Shown: positions 17,438-28,736 of the stretch, one piece after another
Position numbering within the stretch: the first letter of the stretch is position 1
How the letters are laid out: each line of letters starts with the position of its first letter
NCBI GenBank assembly: GCA_036504335.1
Contig: DASXVJ010000017.1
Span: forward strand, 17,179-81,178
From: Thermoanaerobaculia bacterium
Lineage (GTDB): Bacteria; Acidobacteriota; Thermoanaerobaculia; UBA5066
DNA: 64,000 nucleotides
Direction of reading: 5' to 3'
The notes under the pieces: generated by a model
Seen by the model: the letters and a program-made list of their open reading frames with translations, nothing else
Told to the model about the DNA's origin: nothing
Databases searched by the model: none
Made by a program: the position numbers and the translations under genes

Positions 17438-18100
17438 GTGCAAGGGACGTCTCGAGAGGGCCTCGGGGCCCCGGAGGATTCCGTGAACCCCACTCCAAGA
17501 TTCCTTCTCGCCGGCCTCGCTGCTCTCTTCCTCGCGGCGCCGGGCGCCGCCGACGTCGACGCCGGGCCGAACGTCACGCGCCTCGGCAAGACGGTCATGC
17601 GCTGGAGGGACGACTCCGTGCAGGTCGTCGTGGGATACCGCCACGCGCAGACCCATCTCGACCGGAAGTGGATCCTGCTCGACACCGGTCTCACCGTGTG
17701 GAGAGGCAAGCCCGTCGAAGTCTTTCGCGAAGACGTGTGGCTCGTGATGCCGGACGGCACGCGCCTCCCGATGCCGTCGCAGCGCCGCATGGCCGAGGGG
17801 ATCCCGGACCTGCGCCGGATGCTCAACGAAGCGAAGGTGCAGCGAGACCCGCTGAACGGCTACTTCCCCGGCGCCGTGCGCGAGGAGCGGCTCGGCTTCT
17901 TCGCAGTCCCCGGCGAGGAGATCGTCTTCGACAAGGTCGCCGTGAATTCGCGGACGCTCGCGTCGGGCGACATCTACTTCGAGTCCCCGAAAGCGGCGTG
18001 GGAGCCGGGAATCTACACGCTCGTCATCCAGAACCGGGACGTGCACGTGCGGCTGCCCCTGACACTCGGAATCGACGCGCCGCTCGAGCGCGTCCGATGA
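17438..18100 (+). CDS. Hypothetical secreted protein.
   Basis: Signal peptide ...PRFLLAGLAALFLAAPGAADVDA (possible GTG start at 17483); globular non-repetitive composition. Confidence 0.5.
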   Translation: MQGTSREGLGAPEDSVNPTPRFLLAGLAALFLAAPGAADVDAGPNVTRLGKTVMRWRDDSVQVVVGYRHAQTHLDRKWILLDTGLTVWRGKPVEVFREDVWLVMPDGTRLPMPSQRRMAEGIPDLRRMLNEAKVQRDPLNGYFPGAVREERLGFFAVPGEEIVFDKVAVNSRTLASGDIYFESPKAAWEPGIYTLVIQNRDVHVRLPLTLGIDAPLERVR

Positions 18101-18103
18101 CCT

Positions 18104-20593
18104 TCAGTCGCCGCCCTTCGCCCTGAGGCGAACCCACGCGGCGTTCACGGGCGCGGGCATCTCCGCGTCGCCTCCCCGCACGCTCTTCCAGATCGCCTCG
18201 TTGAGCGCGAGATCCGGCGCCGCGTCCTCCTTCGTGAAATCCCACGCGTTCGCCTCCGCCTGCATCGGCGCGCCGTCCGGGTTCATCTCGTAGAACGGGA
18301 TCTTCGTCTCGCGGTGGACGAAGGGCACGCCGTCCGGCGCGTCCGCGAAGGCGTGCGTCATCGGCGTCGCGGACGCGTCGTGCTGCGAAAGCGGCGGGAG
18401 GCCGAGGATCAGTTCCATCGTCCGGAGCATCGAGACCGTCGAGTACATCGTCGAGTCCACGAAGCCCTTCCGGCGCGTGTACGGCGAGATCACGAATCCC
18501 ACGGTCCGGTGCGCGTCGACGTGGTCCGAGCCGCTCTGCGCGTCGTCCTCGATCACGAAGATCGCGGTGTCCTTCCAGAACGGCGAATGCGAGATCGCCT
18601 CGACGAGGCGCCCGAGCGCGACGTCGTTCTCGGCGACCATCGCGCGCGGCGTGCGCTCGCCCTTTTTCGTCCCGGCCGTGTGGTCGTTCCCGAGGCGCAC
18701 GATCAGGAGGCGCGGCATCTCCTTCGCCTTGACGAACCCCCGGAACTCCTTCAGGAAGACGTCGACGCGCGCGTTGTCGAGGATGTCCATGTCGAAGCCC
18801 GGGTAGAAGGCGCAGGTCGCGCCCTCGAGCGCTCCCTCCATTCCCTTCGAGAGGCTCAGCACCGTGGGCGTCATCTCGGCCGCGACGCCCACGAACTCGC
18901 CGTAGTTCCGGAGCGTGAGCCCCGCCTTCGCGGCGGCGTCCCAGATGTAGCCGTTCGTCGGGAACGCGTTCGCGTCGTTGCCCTCGAAGAGGTAGTCGAA
19001 GCCCTTCGATCCGTAATCGGGCGGCCAGATCTTCTCGACGAAGTCCGTCGCGTACGCGGCCATCGACCAGTTGTGGCCGTCGGCCGACACCTCGGCGTCG
19101 CAGTAGAGGTTGTCGAGCAGGACGAACTCCTCGGCGAGGGCGTGGGCGTTCGGCGTCACGTCGCGCCCGAAGATCGTGAGCGCCGGATCGCCGTTTCCCA
19201 GCGGGAGGTCGCCGAGCACCTGGTCGTACGTGCGGTTCTCGCGGATGACGTAGACGACGTGCTGGATCGGAGACGCCCCGCCCGGCGCCGCCGGGACGAC
19301 GGCGGAGGCCTTCACCGGCTGCGCGCCGCGCGCCCCGGGACGACGGTTCGCATACGCGCGCGCCGTCGCCGCCGCGAGCGCCTTCGCCGACGGGACGTCG
19401 ATCCGCGACACAGAACCCGGAATCGTGCGCGTCTTCTTCCAGGGCTTCCCGTCTCCTTTCTTCGTCGGGTCCGGGCCGCCCACGGCGTTCGACCAGGACC
19501 AGCCGCCCTTCGCGTTCGCGACCCAGAGCGTCTTTCCATCCGAGGAGAGCGCGAGGGCGGCGGGATACCAGCCGCTCGGGATGAAGCCCCTCGTCCGGGC
19601 GGCTCGAAGATCGCCTCCGACGTCGACGACGGCCACGGCGTCGTCGTCGGCGTTCGCCACGTAGAGCGTTCGTCCGTCCGGGGAAAGCGCGAGCGCGTTC
19701 GGCGTCGAGCCGTCCGGGAGCGAGTCCGCCGACGGCGTGCCGGGGCCGTCGGGCCCCAGAGCGACGGAGATCTGCCGCGCGACCGTGCGCGAAGCGAGGT
19801 CGACGGCGGCGACGAGGTTGCGGTTCGACTGGGCGACGAAGAGCGTGCGGCCGTCGCGAGAGAAGAGCAGGTCCGAGGGGTGATCCGCGGTCTTCACGGT
19901 CGCGACGACGGCACCCGAGGCGGCGTCCACGAGCGTCACGGACGCGGCGCCCCAGTTCGCGACGGCGAGGAGCGTGCCGTCCGGCGAGAAGACCGGGCGG
20001 TAGGGGTGGACGCCGACCGGGACCGCGGCCGCCACGGTGCGCGACGCGAGGTCGACCCGGACGAGGTCGTTCAGCAGAATCCGCCCGGCCCACAGACTCT
20101 TCCCGTCGGCCGAGATCGCGAGGCCCGAGGGCGTCGCGTTCAGCTTGGCTGGTTCGTCCGGCCTGCGAAGGGAGAGGGGCTCCTCGGCGGCGAAGCGGTC
20201 GTTCTCGAGGCGGTAGACGAGGACGTTCTTCCCGCCGGCGCCCGCGAGGTACACGCGCTGTCCGTCCGGAGCGATCGCGAGGCCGAGCCAGGATTTCTTC
20301 ACGGGCTCTTTCGCGAGCAACTTCCCCGTCGCCGCGTCGAGAAGATGGAGCGACTGGTCGTCCGCCCCGGTGCACGCCGCGACGACGCGCTTTCCGTCCG
20401 GGGTGAGGGCGAGCGCGAAGGGATAGGGAGAGACCTCTGTCTGCGTTCCCGTCGGCGTCAGGAGGCGGCCGTTCGGCAGAAGCATCTCTCCCGTCGGGAG
20501 CTTCCCCGGGACGAAGCGCTCCGCGGCCGGGACGGAGGCCGGGAGAACGAGGACGAAGGCAAAGAGAAGATTTCTCAGAAGGTCGGACGGCAT
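18104..20593 (-). CDS. Secreted fusion of a YVTN-type beta-propeller (N-terminal) and a phosphoesterase (phospholipase C / acid phosphatase AcpA family, C-terminal).
   Basis: Repeated ~40-aa lactonase/YVTN blocks (LALSPDGRTLYVAN, LAISADGKSLW, VFSPDGTLLAVAN); phosphoesterase motifs VVYVIRENRTYDQVLGD, NYGEF, GNDHTAG. The signal peptide MPSDLLRNLLFAFVLVLPASVPAA is partly encoded by a half-element (copy E). Confidence 0.8.
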   Translation of the reverse strand: MPSDLLRNLLFAFVLVLPASVPAAERFVPGKLPTGEMLLPNGRLLTPTGTQTEVSPYPFALALTPDGKRVVAACTGADDQSLHLLDAATGKLLAKEPVKKSWLGLAIAPDGQRVYLAGAGGKNVLVYRLENDRFAAEEPLSLRRPDEPAKLNATPSGLAISADGKSLWAGRILLNDLVRVDLASRTVAAAVPVGVHPYRPVFSPDGTLLAVANWGAASVTLVDAASGAVVATVKTADHPSDLLFSRDGRTLFVAQSNRNLVAAVDLASRTVARQISVALGPDGPGTPSADSLPDGSTPNALALSPDGRTLYVANADDDAVAVVDVGGDLRAARTRGFIPSGWYPAALALSSDGKTLWVANAKGGWSWSNAVGGPDPTKKGDGKPWKKTRTIPGSVSRIDVPSAKALAAATARAYANRRPGARGAQPVKASAVVPAAPGGASPIQHVVYVIRENRTYDQVLGDLPLGNGDPALTIFGRDVTPNAHALAEEFVLLDNLYCDAEVSADGHNWSMAAYATDFVEKIWPPDYGSKGFDYLFEGNDANAFPTNGYIWDAAAKAGLTLRNYGEFVGVAAEMTPTVLSLSKGMEGALEGATCAFYPGFDMDILDNARVDVFLKEFRGFVKAKEMPRLLIVRLGNDHTAGTKKGERTPRAMVAENDVALGRLVEAISHSPFWKDTAIFVIEDDAQSGSDHVDAHRTVGFVISPYTRRKGFVDSTMYSTVSMLRTMELILGLPPLSQHDASATPMTHAFADAPDGVPFVHRETKIPFYEMNPDGAPMQAEANAWDFTKEDAAPDLALNEAIWKSVRGGDAEMPAPVNAAWVRLRAKGGD

Positions 20594-20595
20594 AC
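20555..20595. repeat. Half-copy or degenerate palindromic element (copy E) spanning the start codon and signal-peptide n-region of the phosphoesterase gene.
   Basis: aaagagaag + GATTTCTCAGAAGGTCGGACGGC matches head + TIR-L; no convincing right arm within 150 bp. Confidence 0.45.
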
Positions 20596-20617
20596 GGGGA
20601 GCGTATCGCGACGGACG

Positions 20618-23002
<2,385 letters not shown>

Positions 23003-23059
23003 CGGCGCATCTTAGGACGCCCGCCCGCCGGCATTCCGGGAGATTTCGCGCCGCGGTCG

Positions 23060-23095
23060 TCGGCCCGGCCTTCGTGTGACCACCTATAATTCCCC
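23060..23095 (+). promoter_or_regulatory. Candidate promoter of lpdA.
   Basis: Perfect TATAAT hexamer at 23085-23090, preceded by ttcgtgtgaccacc, ~55 nt upstream of the lpdA ATG; GGAGAG SD at 23137. Confidence 0.3.
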
Positions 23096-23146
23096 CGCCG
23101 CGCGAACGCTCCTGCCCCCGCGCGCGCCCTCATCAAGGAGAGTGAG

Positions 23147-24556
23147 ATGTACGACCTCGTCGTGATCGGCTCGGGACCCGGCGGCTACGTCGCCGCGATC
23201 CGCGCCTCGCAGCTCGGACTCAGGACCGCGATCGTCGAAAAGGACGCGAAGGCGCCCGGCGTCGGCCTCGGCGGCACGTGCCTCCATCGCGGCTGCATCC
23301 CGACCAAGGCGATGCTGAAGTCCGCGTCGCTCTACGACGAGACGAAGAACCACGCCGCGTCGTTCGGCGTGAGGACCGCGGGCGTCGAGCTGGACTTCCC
23401 GGGGGTCGTGAAGTTCCGCGACAAGGTCGTCTTCAAGGGCGCCAAGGGCGTCGAGTTCCTCATGAAGAAACACAAGGTCGACGTGCACCCCGGCACGGGG
23501 CGCCTCCTCGCCGCGAACCGCGTGGCCGTCACGGGCGACGGCGGCGAGACCGTGCTCGAGACGAAGAACGTCCTGATCGCGACCGGCTCGGTCCCGCGGG
23601 ATCTTCCCCACCTCAAGGCGGACGGCGTTTCGATCCTGAACTCCGACCACATCCTGAAGTCCACGTCCATCCCGAAGTCGCTCCTCGTGATCGGATCGGG
23701 CGCCGTGGGCTCCGAGTTCGCGTCGTGCTTCGCCCGCTACGGAACGAAGACGGTTCTCGTCGAGGTCCTCCCGCACATCCTCCCCATCGAGGATGAAGAG
23801 GTGTCGAAGGAAGTCGAGAAGGCGTTCCGGAAGAAGGGCATCGCGGTCCACGTGAAGACGGGTGTCGAGTCCGTCACGCCGAACGGTGACGGCAGCGTCA
23901 CGGTCGCGGCGAAAGGGCCGGACGGCGGGCCGATCTCGTGGTCCGTCGAGCAGGTCCTTCTCGCGGTCGGACGCAAGCCGGTCACCGAGGGCCTCGGCCT
24001 CGAGGCGCTCGGCGTCGCCGTCGAGCGCGGCTACGTGAAGGTCGACACGCACCAGCGCACGAGCGTCCCGGGCGTGTGGGCGATCGGCGACGTCACTCCG
24101 ACGATCTGGCTCGCACACGTGGCGTCCGCCGAGGGCATCGTGGCCGCCGAGACGATGGCGGGCCACCCGACGGTGCCCGTCAACCGCGACCAGGTTCCCG
24201 GCTGCACGTACTGCGACCCCGAGGTCGCCTCGATCGGGCTCACGGAGGCGAAGGCGAAGGAGCGCGGCTACGCGGTGAAGACGGGAAAGTTCCCGTTCGG
24301 CGTCCTCGCGAAGACGGCGATGGAGCCGTCGTCGGAGGGCTTCGTCAAGATCGTCTCCGATGCGAAGTACGACGAGATCCTCGGCGTCCACATCGTCGGG
24401 CCGCACGCGACGGAGCTCATCGCCGAGGGCGCCGCGATGCTCCGCCTCGAGGCGACGACCGAGGAGATGATCCGGACGATCCACGCGCACCCGACGCTCT
24501 CGGAGGCGCTCCACGAGGCGGCGGAGGCCGTTCACGGCCACAACATCCACGGGTAG
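23147..24556 (+). CDS. lpdA: Dihydrolipoyl dehydrogenase (E3).
   Basis: MYDLVVIGSGPGGYVAA...GGTCLHRGCIPTKAML redox-active disulfide, NAD and interface domains; 469 aa. Confidence 0.9.
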   Translation: MYDLVVIGSGPGGYVAAIRASQLGLRTAIVEKDAKAPGVGLGGTCLHRGCIPTKAMLKSASLYDETKNHAASFGVRTAGVELDFPGVVKFRDKVVFKGAKGVEFLMKKHKVDVHPGTGRLLAANRVAVTGDGGETVLETKNVLIATGSVPRDLPHLKADGVSILNSDHILKSTSIPKSLLVIGSGAVGSEFASCFARYGTKTVLVEVLPHILPIEDEEVSKEVEKAFRKKGIAVHVKTGVESVTPNGDGSVTVAAKGPDGGPISWSVEQVLLAVGRKPVTEGLGLEALGVAVERGYVKVDTHQRTSVPGVWAIGDVTPTIWLAHVASAEGIVAAETMAGHPTVPVNRDQVPGCTYCDPEVASIGLTEAKAKERGYAVKTGKFPFGVLAKTAMEPSSEGFVKIVSDAKYDEILGVHIVGPHATELIAEGAAMLRLEATTEEMIRTIHAHPTLSEALHEAAEAVHGHNIHG

Positions 24557-24665
24557 GACCCTCGGCCGCGTCGCGCTTGCGCTCCTCGGCGTCGCAGGCG
24601 CGACCGCCCTCGGCCACGCGCTCGGCGCGAATGCGACGACGGTCGGCTTCGTCTACCTCGTCGTC

Positions 24666-25628
24666 GTGCTTCTTTCGGCCGCGAGGCTCGGATTCCTGGG
24701 TTCCCTGGCCGCGTCCCTCGCGGCGACGGCCTGCTACCACTACTTCTTTCTTCCGCCCGCCGGGACGTGGACGATCTCGGACCCGGCGAACTGGGTCGCG
24801 CTGGGCGTCTTCCTTCTCACCTCGGTCTTCGTGAGCCGGCTCGTCGCGAAGGGGCAGAGCCGCGCCGAGGAGGCCGAGGCGCGGCGCGAGGAGGTCGAAG
24901 CGCTCCTCGCCGAGCGCGAGCGCTTCCTCGAGGAGCGGGCTCACCACGAGGCCCTCAAGGAGAGCGACGCGTTCAAGACGTCCCTTCTCCGGGCCGTTTC
25001 GCACGACCTGAGGACACCGATCACGGCGATCCGCCTCGGTCTCGAGCGCCTCCGGCGCTCCGCAGCGGACACGCCGGACGTCGACGCCGTTTCGGCGGAG
25101 ACCGAGCGCCTCTCGCGCCGGATCGACAACCTGCTCGCGGCCGCGCGCCTCGACGCGGGTGCGACCGTGCCGAGGCCCGAGCCCACCCCGCCCGCGGACC
25201 TGTTCCGGGGCGCCCTCGAGGCGCTGCCGCTCGTCCTCGCGGGCCGCCACGTGGCCGTGACCGTCGCGGAGGACACGCCGGACGCGCTCGCGGACCCCGC
25301 GCTGGCCGTCGAGGTTCTCGCGAACCTCCTCGAGAACGCGGCTCGAGCCGCGCGGCGCGACACGCCGCTCGAGCTCGCCGCCGGACCCGACCCCGGCGGA
25401 TCAGGGCGCGTGCGCCTCGAGGTGCGCGACCGCGGTCCGGGCGTCCCGGACGGCCTCGCGCGCGCCGCGGCCGGCGGCCCGTCCCCCGAGACGGGGCGCG
25501 GCCTCGGCCTCGTGATCTGCGTCTCGCTCGCCCACGCGATGGGCGGAACGATCGCCCTCCTCGCCCGTCCGGGCGGCGGCACGGTCGCGCGGCTCGAGCT
25601 CCCCGCCGCCGCGGAGGCCTCCGCATGA
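24666..25628 (+). CDS. Sensor histidine kinase (KdpD C-terminal-domain-like; N-terminally minimal).
   Basis: HisKA H-box SHDLRTPITAI, N/G boxes (LANLLENAARAA, GRGLGLVI). 36 in-frame codons immediately after the lpdA stop encode KdpD-like TM sequence (LGANATTVGFVYLVVVLL) without a canonical start, so the start is uncertain (GTG 24666 used). Confidence 0.7.
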   Translation: MLLSAARLGFLGSLAASLAATACYHYFFLPPAGTWTISDPANWVALGVFLLTSVFVSRLVAKGQSRAEEAEARREEVEALLAERERFLEERAHHEALKESDAFKTSLLRAVSHDLRTPITAIRLGLERLRRSAADTPDVDAVSAETERLSRRIDNLLAAARLDAGATVPRPEPTPPADLFRGALEALPLVLAGRHVAVTVAEDTPDALADPALAVEVLANLLENAARAARRDTPLELAAGPDPGGSGRVRLEVRDRGPGVPDGLARAAAGGPSPETGRGLGLVICVSLAHAMGGTIALLARPGGGTVARLELPAAAEASA

Positions 25629-26320
25629 TGCGCGGCCTCACCACCGTCCTCGTCGTCGACGACGACCCGGCCATCCGGCGCGGCCTCGCGGCGGAGCTCG
25701 AGGCGGCCGGCTACGACACGCTCGAGGCCGCCGACGGCGAGGAGGGAGCCCGCCTCGCCTCGGAGCGCGAGCCCGATCTCGTGCTCACGGACCTCGCGAT
25801 GCCCGCTGCGGACGGCTTCGAGCTGATCGCACGGCTGCGCAGGGCGGGGCGGACTCCGATCGTCGTCCTCTCCGTGCGCGGCGGCGATGCGGACAAAATC
25901 CGCGCCCTCGATCTCGGCGCCGACGACTACGTCGTCAAGCCGTTTTCCGTCCCCGAGCTCCTCGCGCGTGTGCGGGCGCAGCTGCGGCGCCACGCGGACG
26001 AGGGCGCGGCCGGCATCCTCGAGTTCCCCGGCCTCACGCTCGACCGCGAGCGCCGCCGGGTCGTCGTCGACGGGCGCGAGGTGCACCTCACGCCAACCGA
26101 GCTCTCGATCCTCGAGCTCCTCGCCGCGCACGCCGGCAAGCCCGTGACGATCCGGCAGATCATCGGGCGCGTCTGGTCCGGCGCGCCCGGGACGACGCCC
26201 GACGCCGTCCGCGTCCACGTCGGATCGCTGCGCCGGAAGATCGAGCCCGACCCGGCGCGCCCGCGCTACATCGTGACGGAGCCGTGGGTCGGCTACCGGT
26301 TCGTCGCCGAGCCGATCTGA
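25625..26320 (+). CDS. OmpR/PhoB-family response regulator (KdpE-like).
   Basis: Receiver VLVVDDDPAIRRGL...DLVLTDLAMP..., winged-helix RQIIGRVWSG...PRYIVTEPWVGYRF; ATGA overlap with the kinase gene. Confidence 0.85.
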   Translation: MMRGLTTVLVVDDDPAIRRGLAAELEAAGYDTLEAADGEEGARLASEREPDLVLTDLAMPAADGFELIARLRRAGRTPIVVLSVRGGDADKIRALDLGADDYVVKPFSVPELLARVRAQLRRHADEGAAGILEFPGLTLDRERRRVVVDGREVHLTPTELSILELLAAHAGKPVTIRQIIGRVWSGAPGTTPDAVRVHVGSLRRKIEPDPARPRYIVTEPWVGYRFVAEPI

Positions 26321-26327
26321 CGCTCCG

Positions 26328-28304
26328 TCAGACGGCTGCGCGCACGGGAAGGACGATCGCCGGCACACCGTCGGCCTGCAGCCGCCGCTGGATCGCCATT
26401 GCGGTCTCGTTGTGGAGGAGGCGCTGGTACCACTCCTCCTTCTTGAAGACGAGCTTCCCGCTGAAGACCATCGAGCGCGGGAACTCCCGCGCGGCGTCGC
26501 GGCACATCTCGACGACCTTCTCGACGGCCTCCGTTCCCGTCGCGAGACGCGCGGAGGCGTTCCAGCCGTGAGCGCGGCACCAGGCGACGTACTTTTCGAG
26601 GTTCGCGTGCGCGTCGGCCTCGAGACGCTGGAGCTCGTCGCTGCCCTTGAAGTTGCCGGAGTCGACGACGGCCGCCGAGACGAAGAGAAAGTTCTTGTAG
26701 TACTTCGGAAACAGCGAGTGGATGCTCAGGACCTGGTGGAGGCCGTAACCCGAGAAGCGGTCCACGGTGAGAATCGCCGTCGGAAGCGCGGGGTCGAGGG
26801 GCGGCGCGGCCGTCGTCGGAGCCGCGGGGCCGGGCAGCGGGACGAGGATCTCGTCGAGCCGCCTGAGGTCCGCCGCCACGCTCCGGTAGTGCCGCCGCAC
26901 GAGGAAGCACAGGGCGACGGTCGCGCTCGTCACGACGGTCGTCATCCAGCCGCCCTCGGCGAACTTCTCGTAGAGCGTGATCGCGAGGATCGTCATGCAG
27001 AGGAGGAGCCCGGTGCCGTGAATCGCGAGAAGGCCCTTCCACTGCGGCTCCTTCGCCCGGTCGACGATCCAGTGACGCGACATCCCGAGCTCGGTGAGCG
27101 TGAAGGTCAGGAAGACGTTGATCGAGTACATGACGACGAGGGTCGAGATGCTCCCTCGCGTGTAGAGGAGCGCGGCGCCCGCCGCGACGCCCATCACGAC
27201 GACGCCGTTCTGGGTCACGAGACGGTCCGAGAGCTGCGCGAACCGGTGGGGCATCCACGAGTCGACCGCCATGTTTCCGAGGACGCGCGGCCCGTCGAGG
27301 AAGCCCGTCTGGGCCGCAACGAAGAGGAGCGCCGCCTCCGAGACGAGGAGGACGACGACGAACGCCGTCCCGGCCGCGACGCCGCCCGGCCGGAAAGCGC
27401 CGAAGAGCGTGTCGAAGAGGACGAAGTTCATCGTCTTCCCCTCCTGCGGGCGCGCGCCGACGAGGAGGTAGCCGAACAGGATCCCGCCGGCCGTGAACGC
27501 GAGCGACACGGCCATGAGGAGCATCGTCTTCTTGCCCGTCTTCACGCGCGGCTCGCGGAGCATCGTGACGCCGTTCGAGACCGCCTCGATGCCGGTGTAG
27601 GTGCCGCCGCCCATCGAATAGGCGCGCAGGAGGACGAACGCGAGCGGCCAGAAGCCCATCGTCGACTTCGTCGCGTGCCAGTCGTGCGCCGCGCCGGCGA
27701 AGACGCCCGGAAGCGCGCCGAGGTGGATCGCGAAGGTGTAGAGGATCGTGAACGCGTGCGTCCCGATGAAGACGAGGAAGATCGGCGCGAGGACCGTCAC
27801 GGACTCCTTGACGCCGCGGAGGTTCAGGACGACGAGAAGGACGAGGACGACGACCTCGACGGGAAGCTTGTACGGGGCGAGATGCTGCGGCAGGAAGTTC
27901 CAGATCTGGTCGCACCCCGACGCGATCGAGACTGCGATCGTGAGGACGTAGTCGATGAGGAGCGCGCAGCCCGAGACGACGCCGGCCTTCTCGCCGAGAA
28001 GCTTGGTCGCGACGAGATACCCGCCGCCGCCGCCCGGGAAGTGCTCGATGAGGTTCGAGTACGCGAAGGAGATGACGCCGATCGTCACGGCCGTCATCGC
28101 GACGAGGACGATCGCGAGCGAGCGGTGCTCGCCGAGCGCGCGGAACGCCTCGTCCGGGCCATAGGCGGACGACGAGAGCCCGTCGGCGCCAAGGCCCACC
28201 CAGGCGAGGAACGCGACGAGGGACACCCGGTGGAAGACGTTCGGATCCTTGACGTCGCGGGGCTTGCCGAGGAGGACTTGGGAGATTCGGCTGGGGTCGG
28301 CCAT
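26328..28304 (-). CDS. APC-superfamily amino-acid permease with a C-terminal cytoplasmic extension.
   Basis: 12 TM helices with the APC consensus (GGGYLVATKLLGEKAG, AYSMGGGTYTGIEAVSNG) plus a ~230-aa C-terminal domain. Start at ATG 28304 (MADPSRISQ); the upstream extension of the 735-aa ORF is rejected. Confidence 0.8.
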   Translation of the reverse strand: MADPSRISQVLLGKPRDVKDPNVFHRVSLVAFLAWVGLGADGLSSSAYGPDEAFRALGEHRSLAIVLVAMTAVTIGVISFAYSNLIEHFPGGGGGYLVATKLLGEKAGVVSGCALLIDYVLTIAVSIASGCDQIWNFLPQHLAPYKLPVEVVVLVLLVVLNLRGVKESVTVLAPIFLVFIGTHAFTILYTFAIHLGALPGVFAGAAHDWHATKSTMGFWPLAFVLLRAYSMGGGTYTGIEAVSNGVTMLREPRVKTGKKTMLLMAVSLAFTAGGILFGYLLVGARPQEGKTMNFVLFDTLFGAFRPGGVAAGTAFVVVLLVSEAALLFVAAQTGFLDGPRVLGNMAVDSWMPHRFAQLSDRLVTQNGVVVMGVAAGAALLYTRGSISTLVVMYSINVFLTFTLTELGMSRHWIVDRAKEPQWKGLLAIHGTGLLLCMTILAITLYEKFAEGGWMTTVVTSATVALCFLVRRHYRSVAADLRRLDEILVPLPGPAAPTTAAPPLDPALPTAILTVDRFSGYGLHQVLSIHSLFPKYYKNFLFVSAAVVDSGNFKGSDELQRLEADAHANLEKYVAWCRAHGWNASARLATGTEAVEKVVEMCRDAAREFPRSMVFSGKLVFKKEEWYQRLLHNETAMAIQRRLQADGVPAIVLPVRAAV

Positions 28305-28427
28305 CGTGGGCCGCAGGGAGCGGCCCCGGATAGTGTGGGACAGGTCGGGTTCTGTGGCGAACTCCTTTAGGTTTTCTTTAGACCTTTCTCCGGACTTCCT
28401 CGGGTCCGGCGACGCAACTTCCTGACC

Positions 28428-28646
28428 ATGAAGGACCTCGCTCGCCCGGCTCTGCGCGGCCTCACCGCCGCCGCCCTCCTTGCCGTCGCGCTCGCCAGCC
28501 TCGTCGGCGGCGCGCTTCTCGCCGTCCCGCTGCACGGCGTCCTGCGCTTCGCCGTCGGGCTCGGAGGGTTCGCCGGATACGTAGGGTTCTTCGCGCGCGC
28601 CCTCGAGGGCCTCGGGCTCCGGTCCGTGCCGGCCTCCCTGCCATAA
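28428..28646 (+). CDS. Small hydrophobic ORF (72 aa), possible membrane peptide.
   Basis: Two hydrophobic helices; only ORF evidence in a short intergenic gap between the permease and apbE. Confidence 0.2.
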   Translation: MKDLARPALRGLTAAALLAVALASLVGGALLAVPLHGVLRFAVGLGGFAGYVGFFARALEGLGLRSVPASLP

Positions 28647-28654
28647 GGCAGGTG

Positions 28655-28700
28655 CATCAGTTGACGGGTTGCGTCCCGTGCGGCACCATCGCGCGACTGA
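28655..28700 (+). promoter_or_regulatory. Candidate promoter plus small inverted repeat upstream of the apbE-...-bfr operon.
   Basis: TTGACG (28661-28666), 17-nt spacer, CACCAT. Inverted repeat ACGGG-ttgcgt-CCCGT overlaps the spacer and is a possible repressor site. Confidence 0.3.
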
Positions 28701-28736
28701 GACTTAATCTCAATCGCTCAGGCGCCCGAGGAGACC

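Noticed and set aside
28340-28400. TTTTCTTTAGACCTTTCTCC motif near the permease start, possible degenerate element arm
   Set aside because: Only a weak match to the TIR (TTTCTTTGAAGG) and no partner arm; could simply be the permease 5' UTR.
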